A stretch of DNA of 24,000 nt from contig CAWHEL010000002.1 of the NCBI GenBank assembly GCA_963828555.1, positions 1,257,174 to 1,281,173 of the forward strand, read 5' to 3'. The notes beneath the pieces were generated by a model, which saw only the letters and a program-made list of their open reading frames with translations, was not told where the DNA came from and ran no database searches. Source of the stretch: an uncultured Actinomycetota bacterium (GTDB lineage Bacteria; Actinomycetota; Actinomycetes; Actinomycetales; Kineosporiaceae). Below, one piece after another: positions 15,862 through 24,000 of this stretch (position 1 is its first letter; each line of letters begins with the position of its first letter). Position numbers and translations under genes: made by a program.

Positions 15862-16398
15862 CTACCTCCGCAGCTCGAGGGTGGTGCGGCCGATCCGGAA
15901 GCTGCTTCCGGGGGCGACCGCGACGGGCGCGTTCACTCTGTTCCGACCGACGAACGTGCCGTTGGTCGAGCCAAGATCCTCCAACACCCAGACCCCGTCG
16001 CGCAGGGACAACTGGGCATGGCGGTTGGAGGAGTAGTCGTCCTCGAGCACCAGAGTGCACTCCGGAGCCCGCCCGATCAGAATCGGGGCCTGCCCGAGGG
16101 CGATCGTCGTTCCTTTGAGCGATCCTGCGGTCACGACGAGTTGACGTGCGCCGGTGGGGGTGCCGTGCGGCGGGGTGCGGGATGGTGCCGGGCCACCGGC
16201 GGCGCCGAACGGTGCGCCACCGGCGGGAGCCTGGGTGCGCACCCTGGCCCGGGAGAGCCGGGAGCGGGAGGGGGTCTCCTTGCGGCGGACCTGGGTGCCG
16301 AACAGGTCGCGGCGCAGGACGGCGACCACGGTCAGGACCAGGAACCACAGCAGGGCCAGGAAGCCGAGACGCAGCAGGGTGAGGGTGAGCTCGCTCAT
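15862..16398 (-). CDS. fhaB: FHA domain protein FhaB/FipA (N-terminal TM helix plus C-terminal FHA domain)
   Basis: MSELTLTLLRLGFLALLWFLVLTVVAVL, then the FHA core LIGRAPECTLVLEDDYSSNRHAQLSLRDGVWVLEDLGSTNGTFV. Synteny matches Rv0019c. Confidence 0.88.
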   Translation of the reverse strand: MSELTLTLLRLGFLALLWFLVLTVVAVLRRDLFGTQVRRKETPSRSRLSRARVRTQAPAGGAPFGAAGGPAPSRTPPHGTPTGARQLVVTAGSLKGTTIALGQAPILIGRAPECTLVLEDDYSSNRHAQLSLRDGVWVLEDLGSTNGTFVGRNRVNAPVAVAPGSSFRIGRTTLELRR

Positions 16399-16408
16399 CG
16401 CCGGGCGG

Positions 16409-17296
16409 TCACCAGGGCCCGTGGGTGCCGGGGTGGCCCTGTGGGGACACCGATGTCAGGTCGCCGGGGTGGAAGACCATCCGGGTGCGCCCGATGGTGA
16501 TCACGCTGCCCTCGCGCAGGGTGGCCACCGGCTGCTTGGCACTGTCCACGAAGGTGCCGTTGGTCGAACCGAGGTCGATGATCCGGGCTCGGCCGTCGGT
16601 GATGTGGATCTCGGCGTGCCGCCGGGAGACACCGGAGTCGTCGAGCATCACGTCGGCGTCGGTGCCGCGGCCGATCACGGTGACCGGGCGGGTGATCTCG
16701 AACTGTTCGCCGTTCAGGTCCAGGCTCGGGCGGACGCCGGGCGGAGCGGGTTGCTGCGCTGCCCCGGGCGCCGCTGGGGCCGGCTGCTGAGACCAGCCGG
16801 GCTGGGCGGGCGGGGGCGGTGCGGTGCGGCGTCCGCCGGTCTCGGAGACGGACGGGTAGGCGGGCGGCGGCATCGCGGCAACGGGCTCGGGCGGGCCTGC
16901 CGCACGGCGGCCGGAAGGGACGTCGCCGCGGGCGGTGCGGCTGCGCACCCGGAACAGGCCGGTGTCGAGGTCCTCGGACTGCTCGAACGCGACGCTGACC
17001 GGGCCGGGCAGGTTGTAGCGCTGCTGGCGGGCGTACTCGGCGACAACGGCACCGAGCTCGTCGCCCAGGGCCTCCTCCCACTGGCCGAGGCGCTGGTGGT
17101 CTGCCGGGCCGAGCTCGACCACGAAGGCATTGGGGGCGATGGTGCGGTCGCGGGCCACGATGGCGGCCTTCTCGTCGCACTCGCGGCGCAGTGCGCTGGC
17201 GATCTCGACCGGCTGCACCTCGCTGCGGAAGGCCTTCGCGAAGGCACCGTTGACCGCGCGCTCGATGCCCTTCTCGAACCTGTCGAGAACACCCAC
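16409..17296 (-). CDS. fhaA: FHA domain protein FhaA (DUF3662-type N-terminal domain, Pro-rich linker, C-terminal FHA domain)
   Basis: GTG at 17296, 7 nt after GGAGGAGG, gives VGVLDRFEKGIERAVNGAFAKAF, the typical FhaA N-terminus. C-terminal FHA: VIGRGTDADVMLDDSGVSRRHAEIHITDGRARIIDLGSTNGTFV. The track's extension to 17617 runs into the tRNA and was rejected. Confidence 0.88.
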   Translation of the reverse strand: MGVLDRFEKGIERAVNGAFAKAFRSEVQPVEIASALRRECDEKAAIVARDRTIAPNAFVVELGPADHQRLGQWEEALGDELGAVVAEYARQQRYNLPGPVSVAFEQSEDLDTGLFRVRSRTARGDVPSGRRAAGPPEPVAAMPPPAYPSVSETGGRRTAPPPPAQPGWSQQPAPAAPGAAQQPAPPGVRPSLDLNGEQFEITRPVTVIGRGTDADVMLDDSGVSRRHAEIHITDGRARIIDLGSTNGTFVDSAKQPVATLREGSVITIGRTRMVFHPGDLTSVSPQGHPGTHGPW

Positions 17297-17538
17297 GGTC
17301 GCACCTCCTCCCGGTAGTCCCCGCCGTGGGGCCGTGTCGGCTGGTTGCCCCCGATCCGTGCAACGACCAGCGTATCCGCGCCCGCGCCCACCCGCCGAAC
17401 CCTCAAACATCTGCCCATACTCCGCAGGGCTACGACATTTCGGGCAGCGAGGGCCCCGGAGATGTACCCCTGCGGAGCATGAGCACGGTTTGGGAGTGGG
17501 CCGATCAGCTGACCGGGTCGGAGGCGGTGGTGGGTGCG

Positions 17539-17547
17539 TGCTAGCCT
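17539..17547 (+). promoter_or_regulatory. Candidate extended -10 element (TGC-TAGCCT) for tRNA-Leu
   Basis: The TGn plus TANNNT hexamer ends 11 nt before the mature tRNA 5' end. I saw no convincing -35. Confidence 0.3.
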
Positions 17548-17558
17548 TTGCAGCGCTC

Positions 17559-17645
17559 GCGCGAGTGGCGGAATAGGCAGACGCGCACGGTTCAGGTCCG
17601 TGTGCCCGAAAGGGCATGGGGGTTCAACTCCCCCCTCGCGCACCA
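17559..17645 (+). tRNA. leuT: tRNA-Leu (anticodon CAG), class II with long variable arm and encoded CCA
   Basis: Hand-folded cloverleaf. Acceptor GCGCGAG/CTCGCGC. Anticodon stem CACGG/CCGTG with loop TTCAGGT (CAG at 17593-17595). Variable arm TGCCCGAAAGGGCA. T arm GGGGG-TTCAACT-CCCCC. Discriminator A plus CCA. Same position as leuT next to Rv0020c. Confidence 0.95.
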
Positions 17646-17648
17646 TCT

Positions 17649-17693
17649 CGAAAGGGACCTCTGGTCTGCGGAAACGCAGCCGAGGTCCTTTCG
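17649..17693 (+). terminator. Long GC-rich hairpin with GAAA tetraloop immediately 3' of tRNA-Leu (terminator-like)
   Basis: CGAAAGGGACCTC pairs with GAGGTCCTTTCG (one bulged G). The inner stem is CTGCG-GAAA-CGCAG. It is followed by CTTGCCC, so there is no clean U tract. Confidence 0.5.
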
Positions 17694-17846
17694 CTTGCCC
17701 GCCTCCAAAGTCGCCATGATCAGCGTTTCTCATGGGTCCGCACCCAGTAAACGGGGGAAGGCCAATGACAGACGGTGACCATGAGGCCGGTCGGACCCGA
17801 CTGGTGGTCCCCTTGCGAAACGGGCGTGCCGGGCGAGACTTCGGGG

Positions 17847-20045
17847 ATGGGGACGACGACGCACTTCGTGACCTGCCCGCTGTGCGAGGCGACGTGCGGT
17901 CTGGCGGTCGACGTCGACGTCGAGCGTCGGCGGGCGGTCGCCGTACGGCCGGATCGGGACGACGTGTTCAGCGCCGGGTTCGCCTGCCCCAAGGGACTCC
18001 TGATCGGCGACCTTCACCACGACCCCGACCGGCTGCGCACGCCGTTGGTGGACGGCGAGCCCGCCACCTGGGAGCACGCCTGGCGCACCGTCCACGAGCG
18101 TCTCGGCACGGTGATTGCCCAGCACGGCCGCGAGCGCCTGGCCGCCTACCTCGGGAATCCGAACGTGCACAACCTGGCCGGCGCGCTGTACGGCGGCGCC
18201 GTCGTCCGGGCGATGGGCAGCCGGCAGCTCTTCACCGCCTCGACCTGCGACCAGATGCCCAAGCAGGTGGCCTGCCTGATGATGTTCGGCGGCGGGCTCA
18301 CGGTGCCCATCCCGGACGTCGACCGCACCGACCTCCTCGTCGTCCTCGGCGCAGATCCGTTGACCTCCAACGGGTCTCTGATGACGGCTCCCGACATGCC
18401 AGGTCGCCTGCGGTCCCTGAGACGGCGCGGCGGACGCCTGGTGGTGGTCGACCCGCGGACGTCGCGCACCGCCCGCGTGGCCGACACCCATCTCGCGATC
18501 CGGCCCGGAACGGACGCTCACCTGCTGGCGGCGATCGCCCAGGTCCTGACCTCGGAGGGCCTGGCCGCCGATCCCGGGCCACACGTCACCGGGCTCGCGG
18601 CGGTGACCGCCGCCGTCGCGCCGTTCACTCCCGAGGCCGTGGCCGAGGTCACCGGCCTGGAGCCCGCCCAGATCCGCCGCCTCGCACACGATCTCGCTGC
18701 GGCGCCGTCCGCAGCCGTCTACGGGCGGATCGGCACCTGCACGGTGCGGTTCGGCACGCTCGCCTCGTGGCTGGTCGACGTGGTCAACACCCTGACCGGC
18801 AACCTGGACTCTCCCGGCGGGGTGATGTTCCCACTGGCTCCGGCCGGGCAGTCCAACTCCTCGCCCACGACGCCGACCCGGGCGCCTCGGTTCGGTCGAT
18901 TCGCGACCCGCGAACGGGGCCTGCCCGAGATCATGGGTGAACTGCCCTCGGCCGCCCTCGCCGAAGAGATCCTCGGCGGCCACATCCGGGGCCTGGTCAC
19001 CATCGCCGGCAACCCGGCCCTCTCGGTGCCCGACGCCGACCGGCTCCAGCAGGCCCTCGCCGGGCTCGACGTGCTGGTCAGTGTGGACCTCTACCGCAAC
19101 GAGACCACCCGGCACGCGGACGTCGTGCTGCCGGTTCCGGGGCCGCTCGCCCGCACCCACTTCGACACCACGTTCACGCAGCTGGCCATCCGCAACGTCG
19201 CGAACCTCAGCGGGCCCGCCCTGGTCGACGACGTGCCGCCGGAGTGGCAGACCCTCTGCCGGCTCGCCGGGATCCTTGTCGGCGCCGGGCCGGACGTCGC
19301 GCCGGAGGTCGCCGACGAGCTCACCCTGAACGCCCTGCTCGCGGCGCACACCACGGCGATCTCGAGCCCGGTGGCCGGGCGGGACCCCGCCGAGCTCACC
19401 GCCCTGCTCGGGGAGCGCCGCGGCGAGGAGCGCCTGCTCGATGCGCTGCTTCGGCTGGGCCCCTACGGCGACGGCTTCGGGTCCGTGCCCGACGGTCTGA
19501 CCCTGGACCGGGTCGGGGCGCACCCGCACGGGATCGACCTGGGCCCGCTGCGACCGCGAATTCCCGAGGTGCTCCGCACCCCCAGTGGCCGGGTGGAACT
19601 CGCACCCCCGCTGCTCGTCGCCGACCTGGAAAGGCTGCGCGGCGACCTGGCGACACACGACGCGACCGAGTTGGTCATGGTCGGACGCCGCCACCTGCGG
19701 TCGAACAACTCCTGGGGCCACAACGTCCCCGGTCTGATCGGTGGCTCGAACACCTGCACCCTGCAGATCCACCCGGACGACGCCGCGGCACGCGGTCTGG
19801 ACGACGCCGGCCGTGCCCGGGTGTCCACGGCCGTCGGCAGCGTCGAGGTGACGGTCGAGGTCACTGGCCGCATCCGGCCCGGGGTGGTCTCCCTCCCGCA
19901 CGGCTGGGGGCACGCCGGCACCGGACAGCAGCTCGCCGAGGCGGCGGGCGGCGTCAACGTCAACCTGCTGACGCCACCCGAGGTGGACCCGCTGTCCGGC
20001 ACCGCCGTCCTGAACGGCTACTCGGTGACGGTCACCGCCTGCTGA
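17847..20045 (+). CDS. Molybdopterin (bis-MGD) oxidoreductase, cytoplasmic, formate-dehydrogenase-like family (Rv0197-like)
   Basis: MGTTTHFVTCPLCEATCGL...FACPKG is an N-terminal 4Fe-4S Cys cluster (CxxCxxxC...C). Molybdopterin-binding core and C-terminal beta-barrel are present (TLQIHPDDAAARGLDDAGRARVSTAVGSVEV). No Tat signal and no in-frame TGA. The start could also be 17775 or 17781. Confidence 0.87.
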   Translation: MGTTTHFVTCPLCEATCGLAVDVDVERRRAVAVRPDRDDVFSAGFACPKGLLIGDLHHDPDRLRTPLVDGEPATWEHAWRTVHERLGTVIAQHGRERLAAYLGNPNVHNLAGALYGGAVVRAMGSRQLFTASTCDQMPKQVACLMMFGGGLTVPIPDVDRTDLLVVLGADPLTSNGSLMTAPDMPGRLRSLRRRGGRLVVVDPRTSRTARVADTHLAIRPGTDAHLLAAIAQVLTSEGLAADPGPHVTGLAAVTAAVAPFTPEAVAEVTGLEPAQIRRLAHDLAAAPSAAVYGRIGTCTVRFGTLASWLVDVVNTLTGNLDSPGGVMFPLAPAGQSNSSPTTPTRAPRFGRFATRERGLPEIMGELPSAALAEEILGGHIRGLVTIAGNPALSVPDADRLQQALAGLDVLVSVDLYRNETTRHADVVLPVPGPLARTHFDTTFTQLAIRNVANLSGPALVDDVPPEWQTLCRLAGILVGAGPDVAPEVADELTLNALLAAHTTAISSPVAGRDPAELTALLGERRGEERLLDALLRLGPYGDGFGSVPDGLTLDRVGAHPHGIDLGPLRPRIPEVLRTPSGRVELAPPLLVADLERLRGDLATHDATELVMVGRRHLRSNNSWGHNVPGLIGGSNTCTLQIHPDDAAARGLDDAGRARVSTAVGSVEVTVEVTGRIRPGVVSLPHGWGHAGTGQQLAEAAGGVNVNLLTPPEVDPLSGTAVLNGYSVTVTAC

Positions 20046-20048
20046 CCT

Positions 20049-22829
20049 TCAGGTGGTGCGGTGGGTCAGGGTCAGCCGCGAGCGGGTGCTGGCGAAGGCC
20101 ATGAGGATCGCCACCACGGGGATGCCCGCTGTGATGGCGAGCAGGTAGGGCCAGCGGACCACGAACTCCCAGCCGTTGGTCTCAGCCGGTGACAGCACCC
20201 AGCCGGCCGACGCCGGCGGCATCTGCAACCGGATCAGGGCATACCCGGCCAGGACGCCGCCGATCGTGCCCAGACAGGTGCCGAGCACGACCACCACTCC
20301 CGCCTGAGCGGCGGCGAGCCGGCGGCGCAACCCCGGAGCGGCGCCGACCGCGGCCAGGGTGGCGGCGTCGGCGCGGCTCTCGGCCGCGGCCAGGCCCACC
20401 GAGGTGAGCGATCCGGCGAGGGCCACGACCAGCGCCGCGATCACCAGCGCCAGCAGCCCAGGCCCGAAGTTGCTCTCGTAGCCACGCTCCACCTGCAGAT
20501 CCGGCGTCAACTGCAGGTCGAGATCCTCCAGGGTCGCCTGGGCCCGGTCCATCTCGGCGGTCGTGGGCATCCGGCTGGTCGCGGCCACCAGCGTCGTGAC
20601 CGTCGTCCCACCGAGCGTGGCAGCCACGCTCGGCGGGACGACGACCCCCCCGAATCGCACGGCACCCGTCATGGCGGTGGCCGGGAGCGTCAGGGTCTTC
20701 ACGGGCTCGCCGGTCTTGGGATCCGACACCTCCAGGTGCGCCGTGCCGTCCGGCCAGATCTGCCGGTCGTCGCTCACCAGGACCCGGCCCGCGGCGAGTG
20801 CTGCCCGCTGGGCCGCTGCCACGGATCCGAGCTGGATGGCCAGGGCGTCGCCGGTGTCGTCGACCAGCGTGGAGCCCCCGAGCAGCGTCACGGTCGGTGC
20901 CGTGCAGCGCGGGTCGGTGGCCAGCGCGTCCGCTTCGGCCGGCGTCGGCACCCGGTCCTGCGGGGTCGGGCACTCCTTGGACGGCGGCACGAGCGGGTTG
21001 AGCATGCTCAGCGACCCCGGGGAGCTCTGCAGGGTCGGCATGACGGCGGCCCGTTCGATCGGCAGCGCACTGCGCAGGGCAGCTTCGACCCGGGCCCACT
21101 CCGCAGCCGGACGCCCCGAGCCGTCGCCGGAGTACATGGACACGGTGACCACGCCCAGGGCGCTCTGCTGGCTGTACGCCTGCCGGTCGTGCTGGTCCTG
21201 CGCACTGACGTAGAGCACCGCGGCCAGCCCGCCGGCCACCGCGGCCATCACCGCCGCCACCGCCGGCGCCGTCCGGCCGCGCTGCCGGGCGGCGTCGCGC
21301 AGGGCCATCCGCAGCGACAGCGGCAACCGGTCCGAGGCCCGCGCGGCCAGGGCAACGGCAGCGCCGGTGGTGCCGACCAGGCCGATCTCGCCCAGCCCGA
21401 TGCCGAGGATCACCGCCACCGTGCGGTGCGTGGCGGCGCCCCACAGGGTGAGCGCGACGCCGGCGACAGCGACGAGGGCGCCCAGGACCGGGACGTGCCG
21501 CCGGATCGTCTCGGCCGGGCGCCGCCCGGTGAGGGCGGCGACGACGTCCAGCCGGGCCGCCTGCCGGGCGGGGACCAACGCCGCGGCCAGCGCGGTGAGC
21601 GCGCCCACGGCGACCAGGATCGCCAGGTCGAGCGGGCTGACGTCGATGCTCGGGGCGACCAGGTGACCGCTGGAGCGCAGCACGGCCACGGCCAGGGCGC
21701 CCAGGCCCGCACCGGCCACAGCTCCGGCCAGCGACGCGGCGACCCCCACCAGGACGGCGTTGGCCAGGACGATCCGGCGCGCGTGGCGCCGCTCCCCGCC
21801 GGTGGAGATGACGACGGCGAGCATCCGCTGATTGCGTCGGGCGCCCACAGCGAGGGCCGGGCCGGCCAGCAGGGCGATCTGCAGCAGGGCCAACGCGATC
21901 GTCACCACGATGCCGGCTGCCAGCGTGCCGCTGCCCGAGTCCTCCGGATACTGCTCGCGGTGGGACTCGTACGGCACCTGGTCGGCGGGGGGCGGGTCCA
22001 GCAGCACCGCGCGGCTGACCACCTCGGCGCCGATCGCGTTGAACCGCAACACATCCGGCCAGGTCACCGGTGCCGGTCCGGCGACGTACCAGGTGGCGGA
22101 CGCCGACTCACCGTTGCGCACCGCGGCGGGCAGCAGGGTTCCGGGTGGGCCGACGATCCTCAGCTCGCGGGGAGCCGCGGTCTCCCGGACGACGCCGACC
22201 ACGCTCACCCGGGTTCCGCCACCGGCGGCGGCCTGAGCCCGGGCCGCCTCGGGCACGTCGATCCAGTCGCCGGGGTGCAGCCCGGTGCTGTCGGCCAGCG
22301 CCGCGCTGACCGCGACCTCTCCGCCGGCGCGGGGGACCCGGCCCGCAGTGGTGGTGTACAGCCCGGCCAGGCCGGGCTCGGCGAGGTCGACCTCCCACCA
22401 CGATGCCGTGATCGAGCGGTCGGCGATCCGCAGCCGCGGGGCGGCGAACCACGACGTCGTGTGCAGGATCCGATCGCCGGCCGGGGTGACGACGGTGAGC
22501 CTGCGCTCGACCTCCGCCACCGATGCGGCGGCGGAGCTGAGGGAGGCGCCCGTCCCATCGTCCCCGCTGGACGCCTGCGTCCCGTCGGCCGACTGCTCGA
22601 CCGTCGATCCGGCGGCGCGCACCAGCGCCTGCGCGCGGGTGCCCAGTTCCACCGCGACCCGGTCCTCGGGCTCCAGGGAGATGGTCCGGTAGAGCACGTC
22701 GACGGCGCTCACCGCCAGCACCGGGAGCGCGACCATGATCGCCACGAGGAGGTTGCGGCCCTTGTGCCGCAACGCATCCCGCCGGGCGATCCTCAGGGCC
22801 GCCCGCCACGACGGTGCCGGCGCGAGCAT
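20049..22829 (-). CDS. ABC transporter permease with two FtsX/MacB-type domains (926 aa)
   Basis: The ATG at 22829 overlaps the ATPase stop (GTGATG / TGA). MLAPAPSWRAALRIARRDALRHKGRNLLVAIMVALPVL is a typical FtsX-family N-terminus. A large extracytoplasmic domain is followed by TM bundles, twice. The rest of the 1247-aa track ORF is an out-of-frame read across the ATPase gene. Confidence 0.85.
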   Translation of the reverse strand: MLAPAPSWRAALRIARRDALRHKGRNLLVAIMVALPVLAVSAVDVLYRTISLEPEDRVAVELGTRAQALVRAAGSTVEQSADGTQASSGDDGTGASLSSAAASVAEVERRLTVVTPAGDRILHTTSWFAAPRLRIADRSITASWWEVDLAEPGLAGLYTTTAGRVPRAGGEVAVSAALADSTGLHPGDWIDVPEAARAQAAAGGGTRVSVVGVVRETAAPRELRIVGPPGTLLPAAVRNGESASATWYVAGPAPVTWPDVLRFNAIGAEVVSRAVLLDPPPADQVPYESHREQYPEDSGSGTLAAGIVVTIALALLQIALLAGPALAVGARRNQRMLAVVISTGGERRHARRIVLANAVLVGVAASLAGAVAGAGLGALAVAVLRSSGHLVAPSIDVSPLDLAILVAVGALTALAAALVPARQAARLDVVAALTGRRPAETIRRHVPVLGALVAVAGVALTLWGAATHRTVAVILGIGLGEIGLVGTTGAAVALAARASDRLPLSLRMALRDAARQRGRTAPAVAAVMAAVAGGLAAVLYVSAQDQHDRQAYSQQSALGVVTVSMYSGDGSGRPAAEWARVEAALRSALPIERAAVMPTLQSSPGSLSMLNPLVPPSKECPTPQDRVPTPAEADALATDPRCTAPTVTLLGGSTLVDDTGDALAIQLGSVAAAQRAALAAGRVLVSDDRQIWPDGTAHLEVSDPKTGEPVKTLTLPATAMTGAVRFGGVVVPPSVAATLGGTTVTTLVAATSRMPTTAEMDRAQATLEDLDLQLTPDLQVERGYESNFGPGLLALVIAALVVALAGSLTSVGLAAAESRADAATLAAVGAAPGLRRRLAAAQAGVVVVLGTCLGTIGGVLAGYALIRLQMPPASAGWVLSPAETNGWEFVVRWPYLLAITAGIPVVAILMAFASTRSRLTLTHRTT

Positions 22830-23608
22830 CACGGCTCCTCGGAGTGGCGGCCGTGCTGCAGCAGGCTCTCCGGCCCGGGCACCGGCCCGGCAGAGTCGAC
22901 CACCACGCCGTCGCGCAGGAAGACCACCCGGTCGGCCCAGGCCGCGAACCGCGCTTCGTGGGTGACCAGAAGGCCTGCCGCGCCGGCGTCCACCCGGGCC
23001 CGCAGCACCCGCATCACCTGCTCGCCGGTCGCCGAGTCCAGGGCGCCGGTGGGCTCGTCGGCCAGCACGATCCGTCGCGGCCCCACCAGTGCCCGGGCGA
23101 TGGCCACCCGCTGCTGCTGGCCGCCGGACATCTCGTCGGGGAAGCGGTCGGCGACGTCGCGCACCCCGACCTCGCCCAGGGCGGCCCAGGCCTCCCGCCT
23201 CGCCTGCCGGGTCGACACCCCGTCGAGCTCGCGCGGCAGCATCACGTTCTCGGCGGCGGTCAGCGCCGGCACGAGGTTGAACTCCTGGAACACGTAGCCG
23301 ACGCTGCGCCGGCGCAGGGCGGCCCGCGCCTTCTGCGACAGTCCGGACAGGGTCACCCCGTCGAGGACCACGTCGCCGCGGGTGGGGCTGTCCAGCCCGC
23401 CGGCCAGGTGCAGCAGCGTCGACTTGCCCGATCCGGACGGGCCCATCACCGCGACGAGCTCCCCGGGGGCGAGATCGAGACTCACGCCGTCGAGCGCCGT
23501 CACCTGGACGGCGCCGGTGCCGTGCACCCGGTGCACGTCCCGCAGCGAGAGCAGGGCGGGCCCGCCGGTGGCGGGCCGGGGAGCGGAGGTGATGTCGAGG
23601 GCGGTCAT
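22829..23608 (-). CDS. ABC transporter ATP-binding protein (MacB/LolD-like)
   Basis: Walker A GPSGSGKST, Q-loop, signature MSGGQQQRVAIARAL, Walker B IVLADEPTGALD, H-loop LLVTHE. The ATG at 23608 overlaps the padR stop (ATGA). Confidence 0.95.
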   Translation of the reverse strand: MTALDITSAPRPATGGPALLSLRDVHRVHGTGAVQVTALDGVSLDLAPGELVAVMGPSGSGKSTLLHLAGGLDSPTRGDVVLDGVTLSGLSQKARAALRRRSVGYVFQEFNLVPALTAAENVMLPRELDGVSTRQARREAWAALGEVGVRDVADRFPDEMSGGQQQRVAIARALVGPRRIVLADEPTGALDSATGEQVMRVLRARVDAGAAGLLVTHEARFAAWADRVVFLRDGVVVDSAGPVPGPESLLQHGRHSEEP

Positions 23609-24000
23609 GGGTGCACCTGCGCGGCGGCGGCAGCGTCGGCAGCCGGGTCGTGATCAGCCGCGCCGGTAGGGAAGCGCTCGGACGCCGGCAGCGGGCCGAG
23701 GCGGGCGAGCCGCTGCTCCACGTGGTCCAGCCAGCGCACCTCGGCCTCGGCGGTGAAGACCAGCGAGTCGAGCACCAGCAGCCAGGCCACATCGGCCCGG
23801 TCCGGCGGCTCGGGCACCCGGGCCTTCAGCCGGGTGTACTCCTGCAGCGAGCGCACACTCTCGCTGCGCTGACGCTGCACGATCGCCTGCACGTCGACCC
23901 CCGGCGTGGTGACCGCGAGGGCGAGCTTGATGGCCAGCTCGTCGCGCGTGGGCTCACCCCGTCGGACGGGGGCCAGCCACCAGGCGGCGGCGGCCTCCTG
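23605..24000 (-). CDS. PadR-family transcriptional regulator, C-terminal part (N-terminal winged helix lies outside the window)
   Basis: The frame is open to the window edge (QEAAAAWWLAPVRRGEPTRDELAIKLALAVTTPGVDVQAIVQRQRSE...). It resembles the helical C-terminal domain of PadR-like regulators and sits in the usual position upstream of ABC/FtsX pairs. The assignment rests partly on context. Confidence 0.65.
   Translation of the reverse strand, partial: QEAAAAWWLAPVRRGEPTRDELAIKLALAVTTPGVDVQAIVQRQRSESVRSLQEYTRLKARVPEPPDRADVAWLLVLDSLVFTAEAEVRWLDHVEQRLARLGPLPASERFPTGAADHDPAADAAAAAQVHP

Noticed and set aside
17694-17846. Moco riboswitch upstream of the molybdopterin oxidoreductase
   Set aside because: There is no recognisable Moco-motif conserved core. 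The only structure is a 7-bp GGGTCCG/CGGACCC pairing, which is not distinctive at this GC.
20049-23792. The 1247-aa track ORF as a single giant protein
   Set aside because: Its N-terminal third is Arg/Pro/Gly-rich nonsense lying out of frame over a textbook ABC ATPase gene (22829-23608). The genuine permease begins at the ATG at 22829, which overlaps the ATPase stop.
17646-24000. tRNA-Leu-associated genomic island or integrative element
   Set aside because: I saw no integrase, excisionase or transposase, and no visible direct repeat of the tRNA 3' end. The GC content of the downstream genes looks native.

Overview
High-GC (about 70% or more by eye) actinobacterial chromosome segment. No tools were used, so coordinates derived by hand may be off by a few nt.

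The core (6073-17645) is the conserved origin-proximal cell-division and Ser/Thr-signalling block known from Mycobacterium Rv0011c-Rv0020c: crgA, a DUF881 gene, trpG, then on the minus strand pknB-pknA-pbpA-rodA-pstP-fhaB-fhaA, followed by tRNA-Leu(CAG).

Left of it (1-5797) is a more accessory patch:
- a truncated family III CoA-transferase;
- a stop/start-overlapping DUF2786 gene plus lipoprotein gene;
- a lower-GC Uma2 endonuclease gene;
- a compact two-gene cassette: canonical carbamate kinase plus an AtzD/barbiturase-family ring-opening amidohydrolase.

Right of the tRNA are an orphan molybdopterin oxidoreductase and a padR / ABC ATPase / double-FtsX permease operon.

I found no CRISPR array, transposase, integrase, prophage or recognisable defence system.

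The things most worth a second look are:
1. the carbamate kinase plus AtzD-like pairing, which fits no pathway I know;
2. the 275-bp convergent intergenic region between that cassette and crgA. It holds DnaA-box-like 9-mers in nested palindromes, a 17-mer present three times at exact 50-bp spacing that can form mutually exclusive helices, and a G-tract tandem repeat;
3. a second low-GC intergenic patch (2777-2974) that shares the ACCTGTGGA motif.

Most long alternative-frame ORFs in the track are GC-rich shadow ORFs.
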